A stretch of DNA of 64,000 nucleotides from Blepharisma stoltei ATCC 30299 (taxonomy: Eukaryota; Protista; Ciliophora), in assembly GCA_965603825.1 (NCBI GenBank), contig CBFDEM010000020.1, forward strand, positions 558,001-622,000, in the 5' to 3' direction. Shown here in pieces: positions 1 to 12,153 of the stretch. The position numbers and the translations under genes are program-made. The notes below the pieces were generated by a model that was not told the DNA's origin, made no database searches, and saw only the letters and a program-made list of their open reading frames with translations. Numbering within the stretch: position 1 is the first letter of the stretch; the number at the start of each line of letters is the position of its first letter.

Positions 1-506
1 AGTCTCTTAATCAAAGACATAAATTAAATTTTATTTTTGCTTAAAATTATTCATTTTGGTAAAATCATTTCAATTAGTCTATTTTTGAAATTAAATAAGA
101 ATGTTTATATCATTATAAGTTTAATAATTTGAGATCATTTTGATTTATTTTTTATATTTATTTGATAAGATATTGCATTCTATTCTAAATTATATGACTT
201 GAGTATTTCATATAATCTACAAATATTAAATGGAAGCATAAATAAACTAAAGCCCTTCTATAATTATCAAAAAAAATATTGTAATTATTTGAATATCTTA
301 GAACTATTTTAAATTATTTTCTTTTTAAAATTTTATTTATTTTTGAGGGGTTTTTAATTTTATTTTTTTGCTCTAAATAATTGATAAATTTTCATAAATT
401 TTAATTTTCTTCAAATGTAACACAATTCAAACTGCATTTGGCGGTAAATGATAAACCAGAGTATATAAATAATATATGTCAGTGTGCCATTATAAAGAAA
501 TATATA

Positions 507-1544
507 ATGGATATGATCGAAAGCCCTATAAAAAGAAGCTCAACACTGCCTGATCTCTATCCTGCAAAATTGAAGCATTCTCCAGCCTTAAAAGCTGTTT
601 CAAAGCACATAAAGCTGCCCACAGAAAGGCCACTCAAACTGAAGCCTTTGAATAGCCTTATTATTAGTAAGCCAACAAAACCAGTATTATCAGTTTCAAA
701 CAAGGCCACTTGGGACCTTCGCGCATCATATTCAATGGGAGACCTAAAGCTTGGAAAATGCTTGGGGAGAGGAACCCAAGGAAGAGTAGTCTTAGCTACT
801 ATAAAAGACAAGGAGTGCGCTGTAAAAATAATGCACAAGGCCGAAAAGAAGGCAGGCGAGCTCGAATGAAATATCCTTAGCTCAAGCAAATCCCCATTTC
901 TTATAAGCAGCTATGGAAAAATAAATGATAAAGATCACATGTATCTTATTTTGGAATTAATGGAAGGTGGTGATTTGTTCCATCTTATCAGAAAAAGAAA
1001 ATTAAATCCCACAGAAATTTCGTTTATTTGTGCAGAAATAGTTTTGGCCCTTGAGCATCTCCATAGCTTAGGGGTAGTTTATAGAGACTTAAAACCCGAA
1101 AATGTAATGATTGACTCATCTGGACACATTAAGTTAGTAGATTTTGGCTTGTCAAAAGTTATTGGAGATGAGCGAGCATGTACAACTTGTGGATCTCCAG
1201 AATACATGGCTCCTGAGGTTATAAGGAAGCAAGCTTATTCCTATAGTGCGGATTGGTGAAGTTTCGGAATCCTCGTGTATGAGCTATTTCATGGATATAC
1301 ACCATTTAAAGGAGAAACGAGTGCTGAAACTTATGAAAACATTTTGGAAGGTGAAATCAGCTTTTCCAGAGTTGATATTGTAGCTGAAAATTTCATTAGG
1401 AGTTTATTAAACCCGGATCCTAAATTAAGACTTGGTCACTCGGAAAGTGATATTTTTAGAATAAAGCGTCACAGTTTTTTCAGAAAAATTGACTGGGCTG
1501 CTACACAAGAGAAATCGCAGTCTTTATTGAATAAGAATCATTAA
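507..1544 (+). CDS. AGC-family (PKA/RSK-like) Ser/Thr protein kinase, ~345 aa
   Basis: ORFs 438/939/1275 share one frame and join across TGA=Trp at 867 and 1257 (restores ADW-W-SFG). GRGTQG, AVK, YRDLKPEN, DFG and APE motifs are intact. ATG 507, TAA 1542-1544. Confidence 0.9.
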
Positions 1545-1715
1545 ATGATTCAATAAGTACACTAAAATAAACAATAAAATATATTAATTTCATTTTCAGC
1601 TAATGACAATAATCTAGTTTTTAACATAAAATTTCTACTTTCAGCCTTTTTTTAAGCACAATCTTAATTCTGCAATAGGTTAAATTAGATGTGTCATTAA
1701 ATTTAGAGTCTCCTA

Positions 1716-2465
1716 CTATAATACACTAAAAAGAGGCGATTTATCTTCTGTCATGTCCTGCCTAAAAGCTTCTAACTCTTCTTCTATTTCATCGACACTC
1801 AAAATTTCGCTTTCAGATTCTGATGCTGCAACTTGTCTTTTCCCGGGTAACTCCAGCAGTGAGTCAACCATTTCATCATAATCCTTTATGCTTTTTCTCT
1901 TTTTGGTACTGCAGATAAGACTATTGTATTTAGCGTTTGCTTCCTTAATGCTAGCAGTTGCCGAGCAGTCTGTGATCAAAAGCCAATTATTGAAGCTGAG
2001 CTTGAAATTAGCAAAAAGTCTGTTTAGATGCTGCTCAAAAGGCTCCATATCGTCGTTCATACTCATTTTTGCAAGATAGGCTGTATAAATAATCAAGAGT
2101 CTGGGCTTGATTGATCTGTCTTCCATTGATGCGCTTTCCAAAAGTACTGCTCAGTATAAAATCTCTATTTGATTCAGTAGAAGGAGATCAGCAATTGAAT
2201 TAATCATTGAATAAACTTTCTTGCAGCATCAAGATAGATTAAGATGGGATTCTAATGCTAGTTTTTTTAGTAATTGCTGTCTTATATAGCTTACACCTGA
2301 AGCATGGAATTCTCGATAAAGTTCATTGTAAACTAATAAAAAAGGGGTTTGAGGGGGAGATTTGAGAATTGCTGACTCAGCAAAGTCAAGGGGGGAGAAT
2401 AGTGAGTCACTTGAGCGGATATTGCATTCAATGTTCAAGCCAAAGTTTCTAATTCTTGATACCAT
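1716..2465 (-). CDS. hypothetical protein, ~249 aa
   Basis: ORFs 2229..2465 and 1716..2141 are in frame; the linker contains only TGA codons (HLNLS-W-CCKK...EILY-W-AVLLES). Confidence 0.7.
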
Positions 2466-2851
2466 TTATATTTCTTTTATGCTCATTGAATATGGAATTA
2501 TTTTTATCAATGCCTTGCCGAGTTCAAATCTGTTTCAATTACAACTCAGCTTGCAGCCTTAAATTATTGGCTTATTTATTATTGTAATTAGCTCTCAATG
2601 GACTAAACCTTATACTTAAATTAATTTGTTTAGTCGGCTTAGATAATAAATTCAACCTGCTTTAACTCTACGTTGTTAATATTTTCATCTTTATATTGCG
2701 GTATATATATAATTCATGCTATTTTAGCATTAATAAGCACACTTAAATCACTTTTGCTTTATCTTGCTAATGAATTATTTTTTTGAAATTAATAAAATTT
2801 CTTTTGATTATTCTAGAAATAAAAAGATCGTTAGTTATTTAAAAAACTCTC

Positions 2852-3424
2852 TTACTGGGCTTTCTTTGAATAAATTTCATAAAGCATTCTTGTTTCGACC
2901 AATATTGCCATAAAATAGACCACAGCAACCCAAGCAGTTAGCATGATTCCAATCGGACTTCTCTGCCATAGAGCATATCCAAAGAAAGTCAAGGAGGAGC
3001 CCCAATACATCGGGTCCGCACAAATCGAGAAAGGAAAAGTCACAATTGGCTCGTTATGTATAAAAATTCCAAAGTAGTCACCAAGGAATGTGGCATAAAA
3101 TCCAAGTTTGTAATATGATGTGAGGACAAAGAATTGTCCTAGCAGTATACTAAGCCAAGCAATAAAATCTATGAATATATTTGCAGTCTCAAATTTGGGC
3201 TGGCTGTTCATGGCTTCTTGGAAGCAGTATCCTCGAGTAATGTTCAATACTAAGATTAAAATTGCTGATGCAATGATTGCTATTTTTTTGCGCTTGCAAA
3301 ACAGCATTGAAATAAGATTGGATCTGTACTCAACCTGTGCGATTGCGTTCCATACTACTGGATTCAGAGCAATCATACCAATTGCATGGAGAACTGTAGG
3401 ATGGTTATAATTAATTAAATCCAT
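2852..3424 (-). CDS. PEMT: phospholipid (phosphatidylethanolamine) N-methyltransferase, PEMT/Opi3 family
   Basis: Hydrophobic 190 aa with NPVVWN, LGFYATFLGDYFGI and TFPF...DPMYWGS motifs typical of PEMT/Opi3. Confidence 0.88.
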   Translation of the reverse strand: MDLINYNHPTVLHAIGMIALNPVVWNAIAQVEYRSNLISMLFCKRKKIAIIASAILILVLNITRGYCFQEAMNSQPKFETANIFIDFIAWLSILLGQFFVLTSYYKLGFYATFLGDYFGIFIHNEPIVTFPFSICADPMYWGSSLTFFGYALWQRSPIGIMLTAWVAVVYFMAILVETRMLYEIYSKKAQ

Positions 3425-3531
3425 TTTTGTATATTCACTTAATTTTTATCAAAACGCTTAGCGGGCTGAAATTAAGCGTTTATATATAGATTGAAGAAAT
3501 AAATCATTCAAATGGCATTAAATATTTAAAT

Positions 3532-4254
3532 ATGGATGAGAGAGATTGTAAGTAATAAATAGCTGAAGAAGTTCCATCACTAGATTTAGAAGAAAAAGAG
3601 GAAGGCACTAATTGAATTGAATGATTTTGCAATATTGATGGTCACGAATTCTTCTGCCAAGTCCCTGAAGACTTTATACGCAATTCTTTTAATTTATATG
3701 GCTTTCGCTCTCTAATCCCTCGATTTGACGAGGCAATTCACATGATTCTTTCAAAGGAAGTCCCAGATGATGAAGACTTCGATAATGAAGTATTCATGGG
3801 CGTATATCAATCAGCAATTGATTTATACGGACAAATTCATGCAAGATTTATTCGATCTCCTTTAGGATTAGCCATAATGAAAGAGAAATACTTGTCAGGG
3901 GAATTTGGGATATGTCCTAGAGCTTTATGTGATGGCCAAAACGCACTTCCGCTTGGGGAATCTGAAGAGTTAAGAGAGTATGGAGTTAGGCTATTTTGTC
4001 CTAAATGCAAAGAAGCCTATATTCCATCGAGAAGGTACGAGAATGTTGATGGAGCCTGCTTTGGGATGTCTTTTCCACATATATTATTAGAAACTTACAC
4101 AGATTTGTATATATATGAGAAAGGGGAAGAGTTTATCCCAAAGCTGTATGGCTTTAAAATATATGGGCACAGAGGCTCTGAGTACTATGAGGAGCCAATT
4201 GAAATAGAGGAAGAAGAAAAATTTGTTGAGGAGGCTAAAGAAGCTGTCAATTAA
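3532..4254 (+). CDS. CSNK2B: casein kinase II regulatory (beta) subunit, ~235 aa
   Basis: ATG 3532; 15-nt intron 3548-3562; TGA at 3613 and 3622 restore W-IE-W-FC; LYGQIHARFI, CPRALC and FCPKC zinc finger, DGACFG. Confidence 0.93.
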
Positions 4255-4417
4255 TTATGAAGAGCTTTAAATAATTGAAATGGGTAGGCTGAAGCAAAAG
4301 TTAAAAAATATGCTAAAGTTAATAAATAAACTGCACATTATTTCATAAAGAGCCAACAAAAATTATTTAAGTGCACGCGGCATATTTAATTGAAGCTCGA
4401 CACTTTATTATAATAAG

Positions 4418-4669
4418 TTATTGACTTATAGTTGTTTTGTGATTCGGCTGTACTTCAGATTCTTCGTCATCGCTTTCCTGTATGCTATTAGTAGAACTTT
4501 CTGAACCCAGCAAACTAAGAAAGGTTGGACTTTTTATTAAAATCGATGTCGCTGATGGCTGGATTTGCATGACAGGCGCATAATAAAGTCTACAAGCCTT
4601 GTAACTCAAATTTATTCTGCTTATCTTAGCTACCCTTGCGACATTCCTGGCGTATGCGAACAACCCCAT
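4418..4669 (-). CDS. small hypothetical protein, possible mitochondrial presequence
   Basis: 83-aa ATG-TAA ORF filling the gap between two genes; Arg/Ala-rich N-terminus lacking acidic residues, acidic tail. No family recognised. Confidence 0.45.
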   Translation of the reverse strand: MGLFAYARNVARVAKISRINLSYKACRLYYAPVMQIQPSATSILIKSPTFLSLLGSESSTNSIQESDDEESEVQPNHKTTISQ

Positions 4670-4728
4670 ATTTTTATGATTATAATTTTCTGCATGAATT
4701 ATCTTATTTAAATCATATAAAATTAACT

Positions 4729-5875
4729 ATGGAATACCCTCCTCCTGTGGAGATCAGGATCGAAACCAGAGTATTGCCTAAGACCAAGAAAAACCTTGAG
4801 GAGCAGGCAAAACGAGAAGCCTATGAAAAGCAGCTGGAAGAAGAAAGAAAACAGCAAGAAAAACTCAATCAGGCCCAGCAGCAGAAACTTCAAATGGAGA
4901 AGTTTGAAAAAGAAAGGCATAAAATTGAGCAGGAAAAGAAAAGACATGAAGAAGAACGCAGAAGGAAAGAAGAAGAGGAACAAAAGAGCACACTCGAAGG
5001 GAGGCTTGCCAAGTTTGTATCAGATCTTACGCATAACCAGACACCATCAGAGTTTTCTTTATCAGGGGTAGAAATGAGCAATGTGAGGTGGAGGATTTTG
5101 GCAAGCTGCTTAAAAAAGAACCTAACACTGAAAGATCTTCACTTGTCGAGAAAAGGAATAACCGACGAAGAAGGCGAAGAAATAATCAAGAGTCTCAAGC
5201 ACAATAATACGTTGGAAAAGCTGGAGATGGAAGGAAATCAGCTGGGGAAAAGCAGTGCGAGACAAATTGGGGAATATTTAGCGACTAATGATAAGTTGAA
5301 ATATTTAGACCTTGAAGGAAATGAGCTATATGATACTGACATTGTGGATACCACAAGTATTATTGCTTTAGCTGAAGGAATCAAGAAGAATCAATGCTTG
5401 ATTTCGCTAAATTTAAGCTACTGTAATCTAGATCGAGAATGTGGCCGAATACTAGCCCAAGCTATGCGTGAAAACCAAACCATAATCCACTTCGATTTCA
5501 GAGGCAATGAATTTCCACTCGAAATTGTACGAGACATCACAAACAGCTTAAAAAGAAATAAAGAGCTCTACAATATGTATAGACTTGAAGAATGGAAAGA
5601 AAGAAAAATAGCTCACAGGGAAGATGAATATACTGAAATGATTGACATCACTTTGCAGCAAGAACATATCAAGAAAATGAGTAAGAATTATTATAGACAT
5701 TATCAGCAGAGAAGAAGCAGGAAAACGAGAAAAAGAAAGCAGGTGGGAAGAAGAAAGGCTCAAAAAAGAGTATGAGATGAAGAGAGAAATGGAAAAACTC
5801 ATGAACGAAGCCAAGAAAAGACAAGAAAAAGGCAAGAACAAGAAAAGAGGCAAATCGAAGAAGAAAAAGAAGTAA
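4729..5875 (+). CDS. coiled-coil plus RNI-like leucine-rich repeat protein, ~376 aa
   Basis: ATG 4729; LxxLxLxxN repeats (LEKLEMEGNQL, LKYLDLEGNEL, LISLNLSYCNL); 16-nt intron 5681-5696 shifts into a charged C-terminal frame ending KKKKK-TAA at 5875. Confidence 0.85.
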
Positions 5876-5892
5876 ACTCGTATTTTAAGTTA

Positions 5893-6549
5893 TTAAATGC
5901 AGCAATTTACTCTAGACCTTTGCGTTAGCTGAGGAATCAGCACATTTCCAAAACTTTCGTTGGTTTTCATTCCTTTGTGAGTTCTTGATTTTACAGAGTA
6001 TATTTCTATATGCCATTTACCTTGGAGAAGATTTTCAAACGCTTCCCTGACTCTTGTAACAGTCACAGCACTAGTTTCTTCAAACAGCATCCCATGTTCC
6101 TGAGCAAATTTTTGCCCCATTTCTGTGCTCACTTTTTTCATAAGCGGTGTAGTTTGACACAAATCGATTTTATTTCCTACTAGCATAATAACAATATCTT
6201 CTTCGGCATTTTCCTTTAGATCAGCCAGTCATTTTCTCAGATTAATAAAAGATTTTTCACTAGTAACATCGTAAACAAGCAAAGCCCCAACTGCTCTTCT
6301 ATAATGTGCACTGGTAATTGATTTATACCTTTCTTGTCCAGCCGTATCTCATATCTGCGCACGAACAGTACCGCCTGATAATAAGGGAACAGTCCTGGTG
6401 GCGAATTCTACTCCAATTGTTGAAGTAGGGTTCTTTGGCAAGGTTCCTTTTATGTAGCGCGAGAGAAGATGAGTTTTCCCAACCCCTGCTTCTCCTACTA
6501 AGACAATTTTATATAGATAATCTGAGTCTTCGTCTTGAGAGTCTTGCAT
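5893..6549 (-). CDS. Rab11-like small GTPase, ~213 aa
   Basis: [18 protein letters not shown](TGA 6349)-[18 protein letters not shown]-terminal CCI prenylation motif; probable in-frame 15-nt intron 6006-6020. Confidence 0.92.
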
Positions 6550-6592
6550 ATATGAAATTTATAAGTTGAATATCTGAAATTTGGATTTATAA

Positions 6593-7117
6593 ATGGCAGC
6601 CAAAGACATCAAGAAAATCGTCAATATTCTGGCTTATGCAGGAATTGCAAAACCAACTGCCAAGCTAGGCCAAGCTCTAGGGCCACTTGGGTTGAATATG
6701 GCTCAGGTTTGCAAGGAATTAAATGAAATGACGAACCATATTCGCACAGAAACACCAATCAAAGCCAAACTCTATGCAAGATTCGACAAAACTTATACAA
6801 TTGAGCTCCAGTCACCTCCTACAAGTTGGATGATAAGGAGAGCTGCAGGAATTGTTGTAAAATTCAATTAGAAAGGATCGCCTGCTCCTGGGCATGAAGA
6901 TGTAGGGGTAATCTCTGTCAAAAGCATTTATGAAATCGCAAAGCTTAAGCAAGAAATGGATAAGGAATTCCAAAAAATTAGTTTACAAAGTATTTGCACT
7001 GTAAAATATATGTAGCAAATTGTAGGAACTTGCAAGTCTATGGGCGTGAGAATAGTGGAAGAAAGAACCAAGCCTAATTCAAGAAGAATTCTTGTTAGAA
7101 AAATAGGACAAAAATAA
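6593..7117 (+). CDS. MRPL11: mitochondrial ribosomal protein uL11m, ~164 aa
   Basis: AGIAKPTAKLGQALGPLGLNM and IYEIAKLK...IVGTCKSMG motifs; 15-nt introns 6857-6871 and 7001-7015 each remove an in-frame TAG. Confidence 0.9.
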
Positions 7118-7328
7118 TAGGCTAATAAGTTTCTATTCTAAAAGTTTTTAAGTTTTATAATAAATATTAAACTGATATTTGCATGAACTAAATAAAGAAA
7201 AGAAGAAAGTTGAATGAAGCTGATAAACTGGCTAGAATTATAAATCCAGCTAAAAAATTCCAAACTACCTCAAATAAATATTTATGCATCTCTCTTCTCC
7301 AAATTCTATAAGTAGTGAACCAAAATAT

Positions 7329-7754
7329 TTAATTAGTTTTCTTTCCATTGCTTTTCTTTGGCTTTTCTCCCTCTGAGCTTGAATCTTCATATTCTTCTGA
7401 CTCTTCCGCGCTGCTTTCAGGCTCCTCCTCTCCCTCTCCCTCACTTTCACTTTCTTCGCTAGCGTTTTCTTCTAATTCCTCTTCAGAGCTGCCTTCTTGT
7501 TCCTCCGTATGCCTCTCTCTGAACTTTATATACCCAGCTAAATCAAAATCTTCATCTTCTCCGTGTTCTCCCTCATCAGATAATAATGGCGGTTCTTCTT
7601 CGGATGACTCTGAAGCGTTAGGAGCGAAATCTTCATCTGAACTTTCTCCAGCTTCTTCTAAAATTTTTGCTTTTTTTGCAGGTTTTGGCTCATTTTTGCC
7701 ATTGGCTTGGGTAGTTCTCTTTGCTGGGGTTGGTTCTTTGCGTTCTCCTGACAT
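7329..7754 (-). CDS. acidic Glu/Ser-rich protein with basic termini (possible nuclear or histone-chaperone-like)
   Basis: 141-aa ATG-TAA ORF with long E/S tracts and NLS-like PAKKAK and KPKK; function is inferred only. Confidence 0.65.
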   Translation of the reverse strand: MSGERKEPTPAKRTTQANGKNEPKPAKKAKILEEAGESSDEDFAPNASESSEEEPPLLSDEGEHGEDEDFDLAGYIKFRERHTEEQEGSSEEELEENASEESESEGEGEEEPESSAEESEEYEDSSSEGEKPKKSNGKKTN

Positions 7755-7910
7755 TTTGCTATTTAATATATCGAAAAGAAGTGTGGAGTAAGATAAAGCA
7801 AAAAAAATAATAAAAACTCCTTAGGAGTGCATCAACAGCTCTAGATTTTATGTGAAAATTATAAATAGGGCTGACATCATAATATATAAAGAGCTTATGA
7901 AGAAGATTAC

Positions 7911-8690
7911 TTATTTAGCTATTTCTGCTGTAAGGGCGTTTTTGGCTCCTTCCTCTTCTGGCTTAGCTTGAGTGGAGATTTCTGGTGCATCTTTGTAAAG
8001 CTCCATAAGTTTAGCCACATCGATCTTTGGTCTCTTGATAACCTTGACTTTCCTGACATAGACATTCTGTAGTGGGAAAATGATTGCGCACTCCTTCACA
8101 ATCCTCTTGTTGATATCAGTTCCAATCAAAACCTTCACAAGACCTTTTAGGTCGTTTGACTGAGCTTCGTTTGCTAAGATGTTCATCATAGTCTTTCTGA
8201 TTTGTTTAATTTGTGAGGTCTTGGCATAGCAGGTCTTCTTAACTTGGTTAGCTCTTTTAGCTGTAAAGCCAATGCAGAACATCCTGACTTTGAAGTTATC
8301 CTTGGTCTCAACATCAATGTGGGCTTCAATGAGTGTCTGCCACTTTCTCAGCAGAGAGCAAAGCATGTCTCTGGTGAAATCAAGGCCATAGAAGTTTGTA
8401 AGGCATTGCTTTCCTTGGACTTCATCAACAATAAGCTTGACTTTTCTGTAGGCGAGTTCATCAGAATTCTGGAGGTCTGCGAGGTTGGCTTCGAAAACTC
8501 TTCCTTTAAGAGCGTCACTTGCAATTTTGGTGCCTGAGGTTTTGTTTACAAAAGTCTTGCCAACGTTTCTGACTGTGAAGGTTGAAGGAGCTTTAACTTC
8601 GAAGACTTCTTTTTTTGAGAAAGGATCTCCGACGCGTTTCTTTCCTCCTTTACGAGCACGTGAAGCCTGCTTGTTTTTGCCCTGTGCCAT
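7911..8690 (-). CDS. RPS3A: 40S ribosomal protein eS1 (S3a)
   Basis: MAQGKNK...DPFSKK...[11 protein letters not shown]...CLTNFYGLD...KWQTLIEA, the canonical eS1 sequence; intronless. Confidence 0.97.
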   Translation of the reverse strand: MAQGKNKQASRARKGGKKRVGDPFSKKEVFEVKAPSTFTVRNVGKTFVNKTSGTKIASDALKGRVFEANLADLQNSDELAYRKVKLIVDEVQGKQCLTNFYGLDFTRDMLCSLLRKWQTLIEAHIDVETKDNFKVRMFCIGFTAKRANQVKKTCYAKTSQIKQIRKTMMNILANEAQSNDLKGLVKVLIGTDINKRIVKECAIIFPLQNVYVRKVKVIKRPKIDVAKLMELYKDAPEISTQAKPEEEGAKNALTAEIAK

Positions 8691-9203
8691 TTAATGTTAA
8701 CCACAGCTAACATGGAGCATAAGAATAAATGCTTATTGAGGATTCAATTAAAGGAAGAGTTTATGATAGTTTTAAAATGCTAGAGCAAGAGCAGTTGCAA
8801 GGAACCTAATGGTGAATTGAGTGACAATACAAGACTAAAAAAGATTAGAGAAAGTAAAAGCGAAGTTGTTAGACTGAGAAAAAAGTTGATGGATTCTTTT
8901 ATAGTGATGTTATATGTGTGATTTTGAAATAAAATTGAAGTGCAAATCACTTTATAATAAGAAGAGAGAGTAATTTATTAATCCAAGAAATTATAATCCA
9001 TAAGTATCTACGTTTAATTGCATTTAAACTATTCTTGAATTCCAATTCGTTATTAATTGCAGCTTATGTTGAATTTACTATTAGGAACGAACTATTAGCT
9101 TGCTGCTTTATTGCAGCAAATCCTTTTTTAATACAACTTTTCTAAATATGAAAAGAAAAGTAACACGCGACAGCAACAAGTTTAAACTTCGTTATAATTT
9201 GTA

Positions 9204-10427
9204 ATGGCCCTAAAAAGTAAAGCAAGCGGAGGATTTTTACTTAACCTATTCCAAGCTCGACTAAGCATCAGTGTAGCAAGCATTGGCACAATGAATCCCC
9301 AAGTTCACATCCACTATGGATGCTTAACTATGAAATCAAAAACAGCCACAGGCCAAGACCAGAACCCTCATTGAAACGAAGGGTTCAGCTTCGAAATAAC
9401 CGAAAACGAATTAGAATTAATTGTATACCATAAACCTCTCCTTCTTAAAGAAGTCGAGATCGGACGTTGCAATGTCAAAATCGAAGATACTGCAGGCTGA
9501 TTTGAAATTACAAAAGAAGGGAAAAAGGTAGGATCGATTAGAATTGCCTTAAGGGAAGAAAAAGAAACAAGTGTGCAGAGCACAAATCACTCTAGCAATA
9601 ATTCCTGGGACTTGCAAAACGAATATACCAAAAAATTAGCAGAGCTTGAACTTGAAAAAGAAGAAGTCAGCTTTTACAAGAAAAAATATAAGCTGAAATT
9701 AGAAAAATTGAAGCAAGAACGAAGGCGATTGCAAGGGTATGAAGAAGGAGTAATAACTGACGAAGCTTTAGGAATTTCAACTTCATTGGATGAGTTGAAA
9801 TATTCAAATTTCGAAGTCGCAGAAGAAAACAACTATTCAAGACATGATGGCAGCTTGAAATTAATTTTTGAAAAAATTCAAAAGCACACGAAAAAAATGC
9901 AGAACGCTCAAATGGAAATTATTAAAAGAAAACAACTTTTGAGGGCTCAAGAAGAAAATTTGGTTCAAGAGAAATTAAGAATTAAACAAGAATGGGAAAA
10001 TATGGAGAAGGCGAAGATTGAGTTTGAAGTGGTCAAAAAAAGAATAAGTGATGAGTACCTGAAATTGAAACATCACAAGCAGAAACTGAAATTACAGAAT
10101 AAGCTAATTGAGATGAATAAACAAAGGGCTAATAAAACAGCAAGGCAAAAAGAAAGGCATCAGCAAATTCTGGATAAGATCAAGAATTCGAAGAGTCCTG
10201 AGCAAAGCGATTGAAGTGAAAACCCTATTTGGACTGATAATGAGCCTAGTTTAAAGAATGATGCGATTGATTTCTCTTATACTCAGCCGAGAAGGGCACA
10301 GAGTATTGAAGGTCATCCACTTATTGATTTTCATACAGCCCGAACACCTCAAACTTCAGAAAAGCCAAGGCCTCCATTGCACCCGCTTTCAGCAAATTCA
10401 TCGTCACGATTAATTTGTTTTGAATAA
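9204..10427 (+). CDS. N-terminal C2 domain plus coiled-coil protein, ~407 aa
   Basis: ATG 9204; TGA=Trp restores the C2 signature NPH-W-NEGFSFEI; in frame with ORF 9573; reads through TGA 10212 to TAA 10425-10427. Confidence 0.8.
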
Positions 10428-10439
10428 TTATATATAATT

Positions 10440-11552
10440 TTAACAAATTGATAATATGAAATCTGCATAGACTGAGCAGTGATCTGAGGCCCAAATTTTC
10501 TCAGATTCACCATATCCGCATACTTCACATATGGGCGGAGCTTCAATATTTCTGAAATAAATTCGGTCAAGCCTTTCTTTTGGCCTTCATGAAGGGAAAG
10601 TGAGCCCATCTCCTTCCATATTGCCATTTTTCCAAGAATCTATCAATCCTCCTTTCGAAGATTTAAACAGATATTTTCCTTCTAAAAGGCGCGACGGAAG
10701 CTCATAATATTTTCTTATATTCATATCCCCCAAAAGAATTTGAGGAGTTCCATCATTTTCTTCATTCATAAAATTCAAAATATCTTGGGCTTGTTTTAAT
10801 TGCCCTTTAGGATCGTAAGTCATATGAGTATTGAAAACAGAAAAAATTTTTTTTGGATGCTTAATTGTCACTTTGAGACATGCTCTTTCTTCAGAATCAC
10901 CTAAGGCTTTAGTTAATTGTGCAGTTCTAACATCAATGATAGGATATCTTGATATTATAGCGATTCCTTCAGTAGAGCCGTTTTTATAAATCATTGACTC
11001 GTGAGAATAATGATAAGGATATTCAGGTAGAAGCTCTAAAAGTTCATCAAGCATATTTCTTTCACGAGCTTTATTAAGAATAGAAGAACCGAATATTTTT
11101 GATATAAAATTAGTCATTGAGTCAGCCCCCAAGTTTGGATTCCTGCATGCTTCTTGTATCCCGATAATATCTGGGTTTGCATTTTTGATTTGTTGTGCTA
11201 TTTTGTGGATTCGTACATCTCAGTTTGAATGCTTAGCGGCAGTTGCAAGATTATAAGTTTGAACCCTGATTATAGATGGTGTATCTAAATAAAACCTACT
11301 TCAATAATTTATATAGACCAGTGGGGATACTGAATTGATAATATGTGTCTCATACGTTTCATCAGTAATAGTAATTCAATTACCTGATTGCAAAACTTTC
11401 AGCTCAAAGTCGTTTGAATAATCTTCTAACACTTGAGCAACATATCTATTTAAATCCTACTGTTGAAGAGCATATAGTGGCAAGGATCGAAAATTAAAGA
11501 TTTGGTAAGTTCTTGATTCAGTAATTAATTTGAGAGGTGATTGCATCTCCAT
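10440..11552 (-). CDS. endonuclease/exonuclease/phosphatase (EEP) family protein, ~360 aa
   Basis: RVQTYN, PDIIGIQE, NTHM, LLGDMN, TFPS-W-RPKERLDRIY and SDH catalytic motifs; introns 11446-11460 (removes TAG) and probably 11285-11299. Confidence 0.87.
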
Positions 11553-11837
11553 GATTTCACCAGAATTTTTATTGTTTTTAACATTTCATTATTTTCTAAA
11601 TTAAAAAATATGAGTTTAATTAATTTTTGGAATGAAAAAATGCGCGAATTGCTTTTCTTTGCCAATAAAATGGAATCAGCTAAAACTTTTTAATGAAAAT
11701 ACTTTTATGAGCTAAGCTTCATTGTATTCATAAAAATTAAAATAAAACTCATTAAATTAAACAAAAGTTTTGATATAATCCAATTTAAATCGCTTGAAAT
11801 TGGAAAATATAAATCTGATCAATCGAAAATAAAAAAA

Positions 11838-11919
11838 CGACACCTATGAGATTTGAACTCATGCGGGGAGACCCCATTAGCTTAGCAGGCTAACGCCTTA
11901 ACCACTCGGCCAAAGTGTC
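11838..11919 (-). tRNA. tRNA-Ser(GCU)
   Basis: Reverse complement GACACTT TGGCCGAGTGGTTAAGGCG TTAGC CT-GCT-AA GCTAA, long variable arm, GTTCAAATC T-loop, acceptor stem; followed by a T7 Pol III terminator (11831-11837). Confidence 0.95.
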
Positions 11920-12153
11920 TGTTCAATTAATTAAGCCCATAAGAGTCTTTTGTATATTGAAAAATGAAAATCTGAAAATGAGAGCATTTTAATAATATTT
12001 CTTTGTAAATTGCATTCTTCACTAAAATTAGCTTTTCAAATCTTTGCATAAATAATGCTATAATGTTCAATGCAGACTCATTTATATCGCTGTTTTGAGG
12101 AGTCATTTATTCTGGTACCTATTCTTATCATGGAACTTAAATAGATTTAAATT

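Noticed and set aside
1-437. Very AT-rich block as a retained IES or subtelomere
   Set aside because: No terminal repeats or telomere visible; cannot be told from ordinary intergenic DNA without germline/somatic comparison.
7519-7533. GTATATAAAGTTCAG 15-mer (minus strand) as an intron
   Set aside because: Position 10 is G rather than the invariant branch A, and the frame is fine without splicing.
8770-8905. Purine-rich stretch upstream of RPS3A as a small gene or snoRNA
   Set aside because: The ATG is followed by an early TAA, and there is no convincing C/D or H/ACA box pair.
10440-11552. EEP domain next to a tRNA as a LINE endonuclease
   Set aside because: Stand-alone intron-containing gene with no reverse transcriptase, poly(A) tail or target-site duplication.
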